Below, one piece after another: positions 1 through 9,622 of a DNA stretch of 54,755 nt (the stretch's first letter is position 1; each line of letters begins with the position of its first letter). Below the pieces are notes generated by a model. That model was not told where the DNA came from and searched no databases. It saw only the letters and a list, made by a program, of their open reading frames with translations. The DNA is taken from IMG/VR virus record IMGVR_UViG_3300047550_001848, positions 1 to 54,755 of that record; one strand, written 5' to 3'. Position numbers and translations under genes: made by a program. The stretch comes from a virus. Lineage: Duplodnaviria > Caudoviricetes.

Positions 1-13
1 TGACGTGTCACAC
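1..13. promoter_or_regulatory. Truncated copy of palindromic operator-like motif (TG)TGAC-GT-GTCACAC
   Basis: Window starts TGACGTGTCACAC, matching the copies at 788-805, 50964-50981 and 52315-52328. Confidence 0.5.
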
Positions 14-58
14 GCCTAACTCCGCCCTTCCCTGCTTGCCTCGTGCGCCCTGCGCACG

Positions 59-102
59 CTCACTCACTCGCTCACTCACTCACTCACTCACTCACTCACT
101 CA
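59..102. repeat. (CTCA)n tetranucleotide microsatellite, 11 units with one CTCG variant
   Basis: Read directly from the sequence. Confidence 0.95.
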
Positions 103-177
103 CCTACGCGCGAGGGAACTGGCGACGCGCCCGCGCGGCGCGGGCGGGGAGGGTGCTAGGTGCGGGAACGATGGGCG

Positions 178-203
178 AAAAAAAGCCCGCCTTTCGGCGG
201 GCT
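178..203 (-). terminator. Rho-independent terminator of the leftward early gene
   Basis: GCCCGCC-TTTC-GGCGGGC hairpin with an A7 run on its left (U-tract on - strand), just past the stop at 221. Confidence 0.85.
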
Positions 204-220
204 GGAAGGATCGGGGAAGG

Positions 221-700
221 TTAGAGAATGTCGAGAGTCGCGCGGAATGCTGCGATCAATTTAGTTGCGTCAAATTCTACGGCCTCCTCGGCCTGGACTG
301 CCGCGATTGCGGCATTCAACCACTCGCGCATACCATTGCGCGTGAGCGGAATTACATGCGTGATCGTCGGCGCGTCGGCCTTGGTCTTGGTCTTTTTCTT
401 TTTCCCCCCATACAACCGAGAGACCGCCTTCCGAGCCGCGGCATACGCGCGGAGCACGCGGCTAGCATGGGCATCCCCCGCATCAGCGAGGGCCTTCAAT
501 TCACGGACGGATAACATGTCGTCCGGCCCAGAATACAGGGCGCGCAGCGCGTTATAAAACTGCCGCTGGGTTGCCTTTCGATCTTTTGCTGGGACACCGG
601 CAAAGACGCTGCGAACCGCGTCTGCGATGCAATCTGCCGCGTCATCTGCGGCATCAATCGAGACAAGCACGTGCTGCGCTGCGAATTCAAACTTGTTCAT
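221..700 (-). CDS. Early hypothetical protein (159 aa, MNKFEFAAQ...)
   Basis: ATG at 700 with GGAG SD upstream; flanked by a strong promoter and a terminator. The ORF-track extension to 868 crosses the promoter and is rejected. Confidence 0.8.
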   Translation of the reverse strand: MNKFEFAAQHVLVSIDAADDAADCIADAVRSVFAGVPAKDRKATQRQFYNALRALYSGPDDMLSVRELKALADAGDAHASRVLRAYAAARKAVSRLYGGKKKKTKTKADAPTITHVIPLTRNGMREWLNAAIAAVQAEEAVEFDATKLIAAFRATLDIL

Positions 701-752
701 TACATTCTCCGCTAAAAGATTAACTAAATGAACTACGTTTACTGCAAGATCG

Positions 753-780
753 ATTCTACCATCATCTATGGAATTGTCAA
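753..780 (-). promoter_or_regulatory. Strong sigma70-type early promoter
   Basis: Minus strand TTGACA (780-775), 16 nt spacer, TAGAAT (758-753) with TGn extended -10. Confidence 0.75.
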
Positions 781-787
781 TATGTAT

Positions 788-805
788 TGTGTGACCTGTC
801 ACACA
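788..805. promoter_or_regulatory. Perfect palindrome TGTGTGAC-CT-GTCACACA, putative operator
   Basis: 8-2-8 inverted repeat 7 bp upstream of the -35; the motif recurs in the early region. Confidence 0.65.
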
Positions 806-1006
806 CCGCCCCGGCACCCTTTTCCGCCCAGAGCCGACCCCACTACCCCGGCACCCCCCAGATTTCAATTACCTCCTGCCCCTGCCTGCCTTGCCCTGTG
901 TTTTGCACGAACAACACCACATTTCCTCCACTCCGACACCCCCTTACCCCCGCACCCCTAAGTCCACATAATCACCATGGTCTTTACCCCACCCCCTCTT
1001 TATAGA

Positions 1007-1090
1007 AACACCCCCCTTTGGGACTCCTAACCTCCTGCTCTTGCCCTTTGTAACACCCCCCTTTGGGACTCCTAACCTCCTGCTCTTGCC
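1007..1090 (+). repeat. 45-bp-period tandem direct repeat (39 bp identical)
   Basis: AACACCCCCCTTTGGGACTCCTAACCTCCTGCTCTTGCC at 1007-1045 and 1052-1090. Confidence 0.95.
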
Positions 1091-1115
1091 TTTCGTACCT
1101 CCTCCGTGCTATATA
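1086..1115 (+). promoter_or_regulatory. Putative promoter for the terminase operon
   Basis: TTGCCT-N18-TATATA with TGn; the ATG lies 7 nt downstream with no SD. Confidence 0.4.
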
Positions 1116-1122
1116 CCGCCGC

Positions 1123-1737
1123 ATGATGATTATTCCTGAAGACGCCGCGCCCTTTGGCAGTGTGGATGTCGCTGATTTGTCGGTACTTGAGCGCGCGCGG
1201 TTGGCGTGCCACACGGCGAAACTTCTTAATCCAGACGACGACACCCCACCAACTGAGGAAGACAAGGCACTTGCCCGAGAGGCGTTTGAGACAGTTACTA
1301 CCATTAAGAACAAGTCGCATGTGAATATAGGAGCATTGGCAAACTACCCGAATGCGTCCTTGCGGCATCTGGATGCGATGCTGTCTGAATACGACCATGA
1401 GTTGATCAATAGCGCGATGCGTATCCGGGAGTTCACGAAAAATCGATTGTTGCTTGAAGCAGACAACCCGGATGGAAAGATCCGTATCCGGGCGTTAGAG
1501 TTGCTAGGCAAGATTAAGGACGTCGGATTGTTCACAGACCGCATCGAGATTACGCACAAGGCGAAAACCGACGAAGAGTTGGCTACGGAGTTGTACAACA
1601 AGCTCGAAAAGTTTATGGGCACCGCGCAGGTTATATCCGACGTCGAGCCAATTACAGAAGCGTTGCAGCTATCCGTAGAACCCGAAGTGCAAAAAGAGCG
1701 GCAACTCTACGGGCTGCTCAATCAGTTGGAAGCCTAG
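1123..1737 (+). CDS. Putative terminase small subunit
   Basis: Directly upstream of TerL; helical protein with RIRALELLGKIKDVGLFTDRIEIT motif typical of TerS-position genes. Confidence 0.65.
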   Translation: MMIIPEDAAPFGSVDVADLSVLERARLACHTAKLLNPDDDTPPTEEDKALAREAFETVTTIKNKSHVNIGALANYPNASLRHLDAMLSEYDHELINSAMRIREFTKNRLLLEADNPDGKIRIRALELLGKIKDVGLFTDRIEITHKAKTDEELATELYNKLEKFMGTAQVISDVEPITEALQLSVEPEVQKERQLYGLLNQLEA

Positions 1738-1741
1738 CCTC

Positions 1742-3355
1742 ATGCTGGATCCAAAAGCGCTTAAATTTTTGCGAAACAACCTGCACAAACTAACCCCCCA
1801 GCAAAAAGAAGACGTTCTAGCCCTTTTGGCTGAATTAGAGTCGCGCGACCGCGTAAAAAGGGCAAAAACGTCCCTTTTGGATTTTGTGACCTTCATAGAG
1901 CCTGACTATAAGATCGGTGCCCATCACCGGCGGCTCGCGTCCCTGTTGGAAAACCTAGCAAACGGCGAAAAAGATCGAGTTGCGGTCAACATCGCACCTC
2001 GTTTTGGCAAGTCGCACCTCGTTTCGTACTATTTTCCTGCATGGTTTTTAGGTAATCACCCCGATCAGAAGGTCATGATGGTGTCACACACGGCGGATTT
2101 AGCCGTGGATTTTGGCCGAAAAGTGCGAAATTTGATCGCAAGTGAGCGATATCAGGTGATTTTTGGGGGTAAAGACGGGGTAGAACTCTCGCAAGACTCG
2201 AAAAGCGCGGGTCGGTGGCATACGAACCACGGAGGGGAGTATTTTGCGGTGGGTGTGGGGGGTGCAATTGCGGGGCGGGGTGCAGATCTGCTGCTAATTG
2301 ACGATCCACATAATGAACAAGACATCATCAACGGCAATCTGGACGTTTTTGACAAGGCATATGAGTGGTTTACGACCGGTGCGCGTACCCGTCTGATGCC
2401 GGGGGGCCGTGTAGCCATCGTGCAGACCCGGTGGGCGTTAAATGACCTTACTGGGCGTGTGGTTAAAGACATGGTGATGAACGACCGTGCGGATCAATAC
2501 GAGGTCGTGGAGTTTCCTGCGGTCATGGAAGTGGAAGAAGAAGTAGAAGTTGAAGACCCGGAGAATCCGGGAAGCACAGTAAAGACGGTACAGATCGTCC
2601 AGAAGTCTCTCTGGCCGGAGCAATGGTCGCTAGAAGCGCTTCTAAGGACCAAGGAGTCGATGCCTGCGTACCAGTGGTCTGCGCAGTACCAGCAGAATCC
2701 GACGTCCGAGGAAGGCGCTATCGTCAAACGAGAATGGTGGCGAGAGTGGCGGGAAGAGCAGCCTCCACGGTGCAACTTTATTATTCAGTCTTGGGATACG
2801 GCGTTTGAGAAGACTACGCGCTCGGACTTCAGTGCGTGCACGACGTGGGGGGTGTGGTGGCCCGAGCGCGAGCCGAACGAGCCAACGACGGGGTCTGCCA
2901 ATATCATACTGCTCGACTCATTCAAGGACCGGATGGAGTTTCCGGAGTTGAAGCAAATTGCCTTGCAGCATTACCGCACGTGGGAAGCGACGGGGATCCC
3001 GGTAAGTCTGATCGTTGAGAAAAAGGCTTCTGGTGCGCCTCTTATTTATGAGCTTCGTGCGATGGGGATACCGGCGCAGGAATATACGCCAAGCAAAGGG
3101 CACGATAAAATCAGTAGGTTAAACTCTGTTGCTGACTTATTCAGGTCGGGAATGGTGTGGGCTCCGCAGACGCGGTGGGCCGAGGAGTTGGCGGATGAGA
3201 TTGCGGCGTTCCCTGCGGGGGAGCATGACGACTTGGTGGATGCAACGACACTCGCACTTATGAGATTCAGACAGGGTGGGTTTGTGCGGCTCCCAAGCGA
3301 TGAGCCCGATCCGATCCGCTATTTTAAGTCCCGGCGTTCTGCGGGGTACTATTGA
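1742..3355 (+). CDS. terL: Terminase large subunit
   Basis: Walker A-like APRFGKS, Walker B LLLIDD, coupling motif VQTRW, nuclease motifs QSWDTA and HDDLVDA. Confidence 0.95.
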   Translation: MLDPKALKFLRNNLHKLTPQQKEDVLALLAELESRDRVKRAKTSLLDFVTFIEPDYKIGAHHRRLASLLENLANGEKDRVAVNIAPRFGKSHLVSYYFPAWFLGNHPDQKVMMVSHTADLAVDFGRKVRNLIASERYQVIFGGKDGVELSQDSKSAGRWHTNHGGEYFAVGVGGAIAGRGADLLLIDDPHNEQDIINGNLDVFDKAYEWFTTGARTRLMPGGRVAIVQTRWALNDLTGRVVKDMVMNDRADQYEVVEFPAVMEVEEEVEVEDPENPGSTVKTVQIVQKSLWPEQWSLEALLRTKESMPAYQWSAQYQQNPTSEEGAIVKREWWREWREEQPPRCNFIIQSWDTAFEKTTRSDFSACTTWGVWWPEREPNEPTTGSANIILLDSFKDRMEFPELKQIALQHYRTWEATGIPVSLIVEKKASGAPLIYELRAMGIPAQEYTPSKGHDKISRLNSVADLFRSGMVWAPQTRWAEELADEIAAFPAGEHDDLVDATTLALMRFRQGGFVRLPSDEPDPIRYFKSRRSAGYY

Positions 3356-3618
3356 TGGCGACGCAAAAATTCATGGGGCGCGGGCAGCTTATTGACCGCT
3401 TGGCGGCTCAGGTAGGTAGTCGAGAGTCCGCGATTAAGATCCTGCAAGAACGTGGGCACCTTAAAGCCGACGGTAAGACTTTTACGGTGCAAGGGCAGCG
3501 GCGTAACGCCATGACGGCAGAAGAACGCGCAAAAGATAGAGCCGCAAAACGCTCAGGAAACCCCAAATCGCAGTACACCTATGACCCCCGGACTAACCGG
3601 GCGACGTTAAGGAAATAA
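3352..3618 (+). CDS. Small basic hypothetical protein
   Basis: Overlaps the terL stop and ends 2 nt before the portal gene. Confidence 0.75.
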   Translation: MMATQKFMGRGQLIDRLAAQVGSRESAIKILQERGHLKADGKTFTVQGQRRNAMTAEERAKDRAAKRSGNPKSQYTYDPRTNRATLRK

Positions 3619-3620
3619 TT

Positions 3621-6035
3621 ATGGCAATCGAGAAAGCACTGTACGAAGCCCCGGTAGGGTTGAGCGCGCTTGCGGGTGAGCCGGATCTTGAGATCGAGAT
3701 TGTCGATCCGCAGGAAGTTACTATTGGCATGGGAGACGTTGAGATCACGCTTTCCCCGGACGGCGCAGATGAAGATTTTGAAGAGAATCTTGCCGAAGAT
3801 ATGGATGAGCGAGTGTTGGCAACGCTCGCTGGCGAGCTTCTGGGGGAAGTGGACGCGGATATCCGCAGCCGCAAGGACTGGATCGATCTATATGTCAAAG
3901 GGTTGAAGCTGCTTGGGGTCAAGCCCGAGGAGCGTACAGAGCCGTGGCCCGGGGCGTGTGGGGTCTTCCATCCGCTGCTTATCGAGAGCGCGGTTAAGTT
4001 TCAGTCTGAAACGATGATGGAGACATTCCCTGCGGCGGGGCCGGTCAAGACGCAGATCGTTGGCAAGGACACCAAAGAGAAAGAAGAAGCCGCGACGCGC
4101 GTCAAGGAGGATATGAACTACGAGCTAACGGAGCGGATGGTGGAGTACCGCTCTGAACACGAGCGGATGCTGTTTAGCCTGTGTCTTGCCGGGAATGCCT
4201 TCAAGAAAGTTTACTTCGACCCCGCGTTGGAGCGTCAGGTAGCCATTTTTGTCCCTAGCGAAGACGTCATCGTGCCCTATGGGGCGTCTAATCTCGACAC
4301 CGCGCCGCGTGTTACGCACTTGATGCGCAAGACCAAGAACGAGCTACGCAAGCTGCAAGTATCCGGGTTCTACCGGGATGTAGAGTTGGGCGAACCGGTG
4401 CGGGTCGTGGACTCGGTGGAGAGGCAGAAAGCGACGGAACAAGGGTTCTCGCTGGAGGTAGATAATCGGTTTCAAGTGTATGAGATCCACGCGGAGATTG
4501 ACCCCGAGGGGGCCGGGTTCAAGGATAAGTACGCCAAGGACACCAACGGGGTTGCGGTCCCGTATGTCATAACTGTCGAGCGGGGTACGCAGAACATCCT
4601 CGCTATTCGCCGCAACTGGAGGCCGGATGACGCCACCCGGCTAAAGCGCCAGCATTTCGTGCATTACCCCTACGTGCCCGGGTTCGGGTTCTATGCGTTT
4701 GGTCTAGTCCATTTGATCGGTGGGCACGTGCAGGCGGCGACGTCTCTCATTCGTCAGCTTGTTGATGCCGGTACGCTGGCAAACCTTCCGGGCGGCTTTA
4801 AGTCTCGGGGGCTGCGTGTCAAGGGTGATGACACACCCATCGCGCCGGGGGAGTTCCGGGATGTGGACGTCCCGAGTGGGTCCATACGCGACAACATCCT
4901 GCCGCTGCCGTACAAAGAGCCTAGTCAGTCGCTCATCATGCTGCTGGATAAGATTGTGGCAGATGCGCAGCGGTTTGCTGCGACGGCGGATATGAAGGTA
5001 TCGGATATGTCGGCCCAATCGCCTGTGGGTACGACATTGGCAATCCTTGAGCGCATGCTCAAGGTCATGAGTGCCGTGCAAGCACGGATCCACTATGCGA
5101 TGAAGCAGGAGTTCAAGCTCCTGCGCGACATCATCCGGGATAACCGCGAGGACGCGTATTCGTACGAGCCGGAGAGTGGGGACAAAAAAGCCAAGCAGTC
5201 CGACTATGACATGGTGGAGGTTATCCCCGTGTCGGACCCCAATGCGGCAACGATGTCGCAGAAGGTCGTGCAGTACCAAGCTGTGTTGCAGTTGGCGCAG
5301 AGTGCGCCGCAGTTGTACGACCTGAAGCTCCTCCATCGGCAAATGTTGGAGGTCTTGGGCATCAAGAACGCGGCAAAGTTGGTACCCACTGATGACGATA
5401 TGAAGCCGGTGGATCCTGTGACGGAGAACATGAACATCCTCATGGGTAAGCCTGTGAAGGCGTTCCAGTATCAAGATCACGAGGCCCATATTCAGGTGCA
5501 CATGGCGGCGGTACAAGACCCGAAGATTGCGCAGGTTATGGGGCAAAACCCCATGGCGCAGACCATCATGGCGGCGGCTGCGGCGCATATTACAGAACAC
5601 GTCGCACATGCATATCGGCGGGAAATCGAGAAGCAGTTGGGTAGCCCGCTGCCGGATATGAAGGACACGCTGCCCCCTGAGCTTGAAGTCCAAGTATCCC
5701 AGCTTGCCGCACAGGCTGCTGCACGGCTACTCCAGAAAGACCAAGCGGAAGCTGCAATGCAGCAGGCTCAACAGCAGATGCAAGACCCGCTTGTGCAGAT
5801 GCAGCAAAAAGAGTTGGCGATCCGTGAGAAGGAAGCTGCGACTAAGGAGAAGAAAGTCATCGTCGACGCCGCTGCCCGGGCAGATGAGATTAAGTTGCGG
5901 GAGAAGGAAGTCCTTATTAGGGCTGCATCAGAGGCCGATAAGGGGGCGCGTGAGGAGATCCTTAACGGGCTGAAGATCGGCGTGGATATTGCCAAAGCAC
6001 ATAGCCAACCTAAATCCAAACCTAAAGGCGACTAA
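3621..6035 (+). CDS. Portal protein (P22-like, long helical C-terminal barrel)
   Basis: 804 aa after terminase; PWPGACGVFHPLL, GFGFYAFGL and Gln-rich coiled-coil tail. Confidence 0.88.
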   Translation: MAIEKALYEAPVGLSALAGEPDLEIEIVDPQEVTIGMGDVEITLSPDGADEDFEENLAEDMDERVLATLAGELLGEVDADIRSRKDWIDLYVKGLKLLGVKPEERTEPWPGACGVFHPLLIESAVKFQSETMMETFPAAGPVKTQIVGKDTKEKEEAATRVKEDMNYELTERMVEYRSEHERMLFSLCLAGNAFKKVYFDPALERQVAIFVPSEDVIVPYGASNLDTAPRVTHLMRKTKNELRKLQVSGFYRDVELGEPVRVVDSVERQKATEQGFSLEVDNRFQVYEIHAEIDPEGAGFKDKYAKDTNGVAVPYVITVERGTQNILAIRRNWRPDDATRLKRQHFVHYPYVPGFGFYAFGLVHLIGGHVQAATSLIRQLVDAGTLANLPGGFKSRGLRVKGDDTPIAPGEFRDVDVPSGSIRDNILPLPYKEPSQSLIMLLDKIVADAQRFAATADMKVSDMSAQSPVGTTLAILERMLKVMSAVQARIHYAMKQEFKLLRDIIRDNREDAYSYEPESGDKKAKQSDYDMVEVIPVSDPNAATMSQKVVQYQAVLQLAQSAPQLYDLKLLHRQMLEVLGIKNAAKLVPTDDDMKPVDPVTENMNILMGKPVKAFQYQDHEAHIQVHMAAVQDPKIAQVMGQNPMAQTIMAAAAAHITEHVAHAYRREIEKQLGSPLPDMKDTLPPELEVQVSQLAAQAAARLLQKDQAEAAMQQAQQQMQDPLVQMQQKELAIREKEAATKEKKVIVDAAARADEIKLREKEVLIRAASEADKGAREEILNGLKIGVDIAKAHSQPKSKPKGD

Positions 6036-6235
6036 TGGACGCTATTGAACTGCTCCTTAGTAAGAATGCTGATGAGCGCAAACGCAAAACTGAGTTTTTA
6101 GTGGCGGGGACCGCTAAAGACTACGCAGAGTACCGACACATCTGTGGGGTTATTCGAGGTCTTGACCTTGCAGATGAACATCTCCACGACCTCGCAAAAA
6201 GGATGAATGACGATGACGGCGATGACAGCCCTTGA
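6035..6235 (+). CDS. Small conserved head-module protein
   Basis: TAATG coupling with the portal; KDYAEYRHICGVIRGL. Confidence 0.75.
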   Translation: MDAIELLLSKNADERKRKTEFLVAGTAKDYAEYRHICGVIRGLDLADEHLHDLAKRMNDDDGDDSP

Positions 6236-6608
6236 GCAGAAATGGGCGCAGGAGGAAGTTGAAGCAGCAGAAAAGGCGAAGCAATTGCCTGATCCAGCGG
6301 GGTATCACATTCTATGTGCTGTGCCCGAGATAGAACGCAAGTACGAAAGCGGACTAATTAAGGCGGATACCACCGTGCATTATGAGGAAATCCTCACCAC
6401 GGTATTGTTCGTCATAAAACTCGGCCCAGACGCATATAAAGACACTGCTAAATTCCCTACAGGTCCGTGGTGTAAAGAAGGCGATTTCATTATCGTCCGA
6501 TCCAATTCGGGTACTCGATTGGATATCCATGGCAAGGAATTCCGGATCATCAATGATGATACGGTGGAAGCAGTTGTTCAAGATCCGCGGGGAATCAGGA
6601 GAAAATAA
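6207..6608 (+). CDS. groES: GroES/Cpn10-like co-chaperonin
   Basis: P-x-G-Y-H-I-L, SGLI mobile loop, VIKLGP, KEGDFII, G-x-E-FRIINDD-x-V-x-AVV. Confidence 0.85.
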   Translation: MTMTAMTALEQKWAQEEVEAAEKAKQLPDPAGYHILCAVPEIERKYESGLIKADTTVHYEEILTTVLFVIKLGPDAYKDTAKFPTGPWCKEGDFIIVRSNSGTRLDIHGKEFRIINDDTVEAVVQDPRGIRRK

Positions 6609-7567
6609 TGAATCAAGAAGCCTTTAAGTTTCCGGACGAGCAAATCGTTCATCAAAAGCAAGATGACGCGCCCTTGGCAGAGGTCGAAGTCGAAATTGTT
6701 GACGACACTCCCGTGCAAGATCGTGGGCGGGAACCGCTACCCAAGGAAATCGTCAAGGAGTTGGAAGATGATGACTTGGAGGAGTATTCTGACAAGGTAA
6801 AGAAACGTCTGTCCCAGATGAAAAAAGTCTGGCATGACGAGCGTCGGGAGAAGGAAGCCGCTCGACGAGAGGCGGACGAAGCGTTTCGGCTTGCTCAGGT
6901 GCGAGAGCAGGAGATCCGTACTCTACGGGACCGCGTAGGTCAGCGGGAAAAGACCTATAACGAGGATATGGCTAAGGCGTTTGGGAATGAAATCCTTAAC
7001 GCTAAAAACAAGCTTAAGCAGGCGTATGAATCAGGAGATCCGTCGGAAATTGCAGATGCTCAGGAAGCCCTGACAGATGCAAAAATCCGCCTTAAAGAAC
7101 TTGAATACAGAAAACCCACTTTACAATCTGATGAAAATACTGTAGAAAGCATCCAACAGTACACAAGCCAACCACAGCAAGGTGTTGACCCCAAGGCAGA
7201 AACTTGGCGTCGTAACAATACGTGGTTCGGAGTCGATGACGAAATGACTTCCTTGGCGCTTGGGCTGCATTCGAAGCTCGTCAAGTCGGGCGTGGACCCG
7301 CGTAGTGATGATTACTACCGGCAGCTTGACAACTCACTTCGGAAGCGATTTCCGGAGTACTTTACCAGCGAGGGTGTAGACCCTCCTGCCGAAACGAAGC
7401 CTGAAAAGGCACGCAAACCCGCTACTGTTGTAGCTCCTGTAACACGGAGCACCGCGCCAACGAAAGTTCGCCTAACGCAAACTCAGTTGGGGCTGGCTAA
7501 GAAATTGGGCCTTACCCCCGAACAGTATGCTAAAGAACTGATCAAACTGGAGACGCAAAATGGGTGA
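6608..7567 (+). CDS. Putative capsid scaffolding protein
   Basis: Acidic coiled coil with C-terminal LAKKLGLTPEQYAKEL helix, upstream of the capsid genes. Confidence 0.7.
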   Translation: MNQEAFKFPDEQIVHQKQDDAPLAEVEVEIVDDTPVQDRGREPLPKEIVKELEDDDLEEYSDKVKKRLSQMKKVWHDERREKEAARREADEAFRLAQVREQEIRTLRDRVGQREKTYNEDMAKAFGNEILNAKNKLKQAYESGDPSEIADAQEALTDAKIRLKELEYRKPTLQSDENTVESIQQYTSQPQQGVDPKAETWRRNNTWFGVDDEMTSLALGLHSKLVKSGVDPRSDDYYRQLDNSLRKRFPEYFTSEGVDPPAETKPEKARKPATVVAPVTRSTAPTKVRLTQTQLGLAKKLGLTPEQYAKELIKLETQNG

Positions 7568-8015
7568 ATCTAATCGTGCATCGCGGGATTTGGGGGATCG
7601 TGAATACGCCAAGCGCAAAAACGCATGGACACCCCCGCAACTGTTGCCGTCACCTACGCCCCAACCGGGGTGGACGTTTCGGTGGATACGGACGAGTATT
7701 CTAGGGCAGCTTGATCCAACGAATGCGTCTGCAAAGTTTCGTGAGGGGTGGGTTCCGACGAAAGCCGAAGACCATCCTGAAATAATGATGATCGCTGATC
7801 CGACGAGCAAGTTTCCCGGCTCTATCGAGATTGGGGGTCTGGTGCTGTGTAAAGCCCCGACTGAGATGGTGGAAGCGCGCAAGGAGTGGTTCGATGCGCA
7901 GACTCAATCGCAGGTGGAGGCGGTGGACAGCAATTTTATGCGGACCAACGACGCCCGTATGCCTCTTTTCTCGGAGAAGCGTTCGGGGATCACGTTTGGT
8001 CGAGGTAATAAATAA
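7560..8015 (+). CDS. Conserved hypothetical head protein
   Basis: GGAG SD; coupled to the scaffold; FRWIR..REGW motif. Confidence 0.75.
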   Translation: MGESNRASRDLGDREYAKRKNAWTPPQLLPSPTPQPGWTFRWIRTSILGQLDPTNASAKFREGWVPTKAEDHPEIMMIADPTSKFPGSIEIGGLVLCKAPTEMVEARKEWFDAQTQSQVEAVDSNFMRTNDARMPLFSEKRSGITFGRGNK

Positions 8016-8030
8016 TCTAGGAGCTAAATC

Positions 8031-8645
8031 ATGGCTTATCCTACCGTTTCAAACCCGTACGGCTTTAAGCCGGTTAACCTGTTGGGGGGCCAAGTGTTTG
8101 CTGGTTCGACTCGACAGTTGCCGATTGCTTCGGGGCATGCTACGGCGATCTACTACGGCGACGTAGTTATCATGTCGTCCAACGGATGCGTGAATAACGC
8201 CACTCTGACGGCGACTACCGTGAACGTTCTGGGCATCTTCCAAGGCTGCTCGTACACGAACACGCAAGGTCAGCGGGTCTTCTCGCAGTACTACCCGGCA
8301 AATACGACGGGTACGCCTGACACGGCGGATGCGATTGTTGCTTATATCGCGGACGACCCTGATCTAGTGATGAAGACGGCTATTGTTTCGGGTACGACGG
8401 TTGTGGCGCAAGCTACCCGGGCGAATCTGGTGGGCGGTACGATTTCTCTTGTCGCTAACACCGGATCTACGACTACGGGCGACAGCGCGCAAGCGGTGCT
8501 TAACTCGGCGGGTACAACTACGACCTGTCCGTTTAAGATCATCGACGTTGTTCCGGATACTTCGCCTGCGGCGGGGTCGTTTGTCGAGGTTCTCGTCACT
8601 TGGAACCAAGGCGTCCATCAATACCGCAGCAACGGCGGCGTCTAA
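8031..8645 (+). CDS. Putative capsid decoration/cement protein
   Basis: AGGAG SD; Thr/Gly-rich beta protein just before the MCP. Confidence 0.6.
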   Translation: MAYPTVSNPYGFKPVNLLGGQVFAGSTRQLPIASGHATAIYYGDVVIMSSNGCVNNATLTATTVNVLGIFQGCSYTNTQGQRVFSQYYPANTTGTPDTADAIVAYIADDPDLVMKTAIVSGTTVVAQATRANLVGGTISLVANTGSTTTGDSAQAVLNSAGTTTTCPFKIIDVVPDTSPAAGSFVEVLVTWNQGVHQYRSNGGV

Positions 8646-8659
8646 TAGGGAGCTAAACC

Positions 8660-9574
8660 ATGGCAATTTCACGCGCGCAACTACTGAAGGAACTGCTCCC
8701 CGGACTGAACGCCCTGTTCGGCATGGAGTACGCCCGCTACGGAGAAGAGCACAAGGAGATTTTCGAAACCGAAACCTCCGAGCGTTCGTTCGAAGAGGAA
8801 ACCAAGCTGTCCGGTTTCTCTGCGGCTCCGGTGAAAAACGAAGGCCAAGCCATTGACTACGACAATGCGCAAGAAGCTTGGACCGCTCGTTACAACCACC
8901 AAACCATCGCCCTCGGGTTCTCGGTCACTGAAGAAGCGATTGAGGACAACCTGTACGACTCGCTGTCGTCCCGGTACACGAAGGCGCTTGCTCGTGCGAT
9001 GGCTTACACGAAGCAGGTCAAGGCTGCCTCGGTGCTCAATAACGCTTTCCAAGCCACCGGATACAACGGTGGGGACAACGTTAGCCTGTGTAATACGAGC
9101 CACCCTCTGGTGTCTGGTGGTACCAACAGCAACACGTTCTCGACCCAAGCTGACCTGAATGAAACGTCGCTGGAAGCAGCGGTGATTCAAATTGCGGGTT
9201 GGACGGACGAGCGTGGCCTGCTGATCGCTGCCAAGCCCCGGAAGCTGGTAGTTCCCCCCGCCCTGATGTTCGTGGCGACCCGTCTGTTGGAAACCGAACT
9301 TCGTGTCGGTACCACCAACAACGACGTCAATGCGATCAAGTCGATGGGGTCTATCCCGGAAGGCTATCGTGTCAACCACTTCTTGACCGATACCAACGCG
9401 TGGTTCCTCTGCACTGACGTGCCCAACGGTCTGAAGCACTTTGTCCGTGTTCCGCTGCAAAACTCCATGGACGGAGACTTCGACACCGGGAACGTACGTT
9501 ACAAGAGCCGCGAGCGTTATTCGTTTGGCTGGTCTGATCCGCTGGGTATCTTTGGTTCCAGCGGTTCTAGCTGA
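8660..9574 (+). CDS. Major capsid protein (HK97 fold, Mu gpT-like)
   Basis: MAISRAQLLKELLPGLNALFG...RERYSFGWSDPLG; strong SD; strongly biased codon usage; followed by a terminator. Confidence 0.88.
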   Translation: MAISRAQLLKELLPGLNALFGMEYARYGEEHKEIFETETSERSFEEETKLSGFSAAPVKNEGQAIDYDNAQEAWTARYNHQTIALGFSVTEEAIEDNLYDSLSSRYTKALARAMAYTKQVKAASVLNNAFQATGYNGGDNVSLCNTSHPLVSGGTNSNTFSTQADLNETSLEAAVIQIAGWTDERGLLIAAKPRKLVVPPALMFVATRLLETELRVGTTNNDVNAIKSMGSIPEGYRVNHFLTDTNAWFLCTDVPNGLKHFVRVPLQNSMDGDFDTGNVRYKSRERYSFGWSDPLGIFGSSGSS

Positions 9575-9590
9575 TGTAGTTTAAGCAGCG

Positions 9591-9621
9591 CAAACGCCCC
9601 CTTCTGGGGGCGTTTGTTTTT
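9591..9621 (+). terminator. Rho-independent terminator after the MCP
   Basis: CAAACGCCCCC-TTCT-GGGGGCGTTTG followed by TTTTT. Confidence 0.9.
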
Positions 9622-9622
9622 A

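Noticed and set aside
788-805. Canonical CRP site
   Set aside because: Spacer is 4 bp, not the 6 bp CRP requires
701-868. N-terminal extension of the 221..868 ORF
   Set aside because: Runs through the promoter and operator; the SD supports ATG 700
1007-1090. Mini CRISPR array
   Set aside because: Two copies separated by only 6 bp, no spacer; the Cas4-like nuclease is a normal phage replication gene
4704-5693. 329-aa antisense ORF in the portal gene (and similar antisense ORFs at 8681-9460, 34966-35835, 43740-44546)
   Set aside because: Typical shadow ORFs of GC3-biased genes
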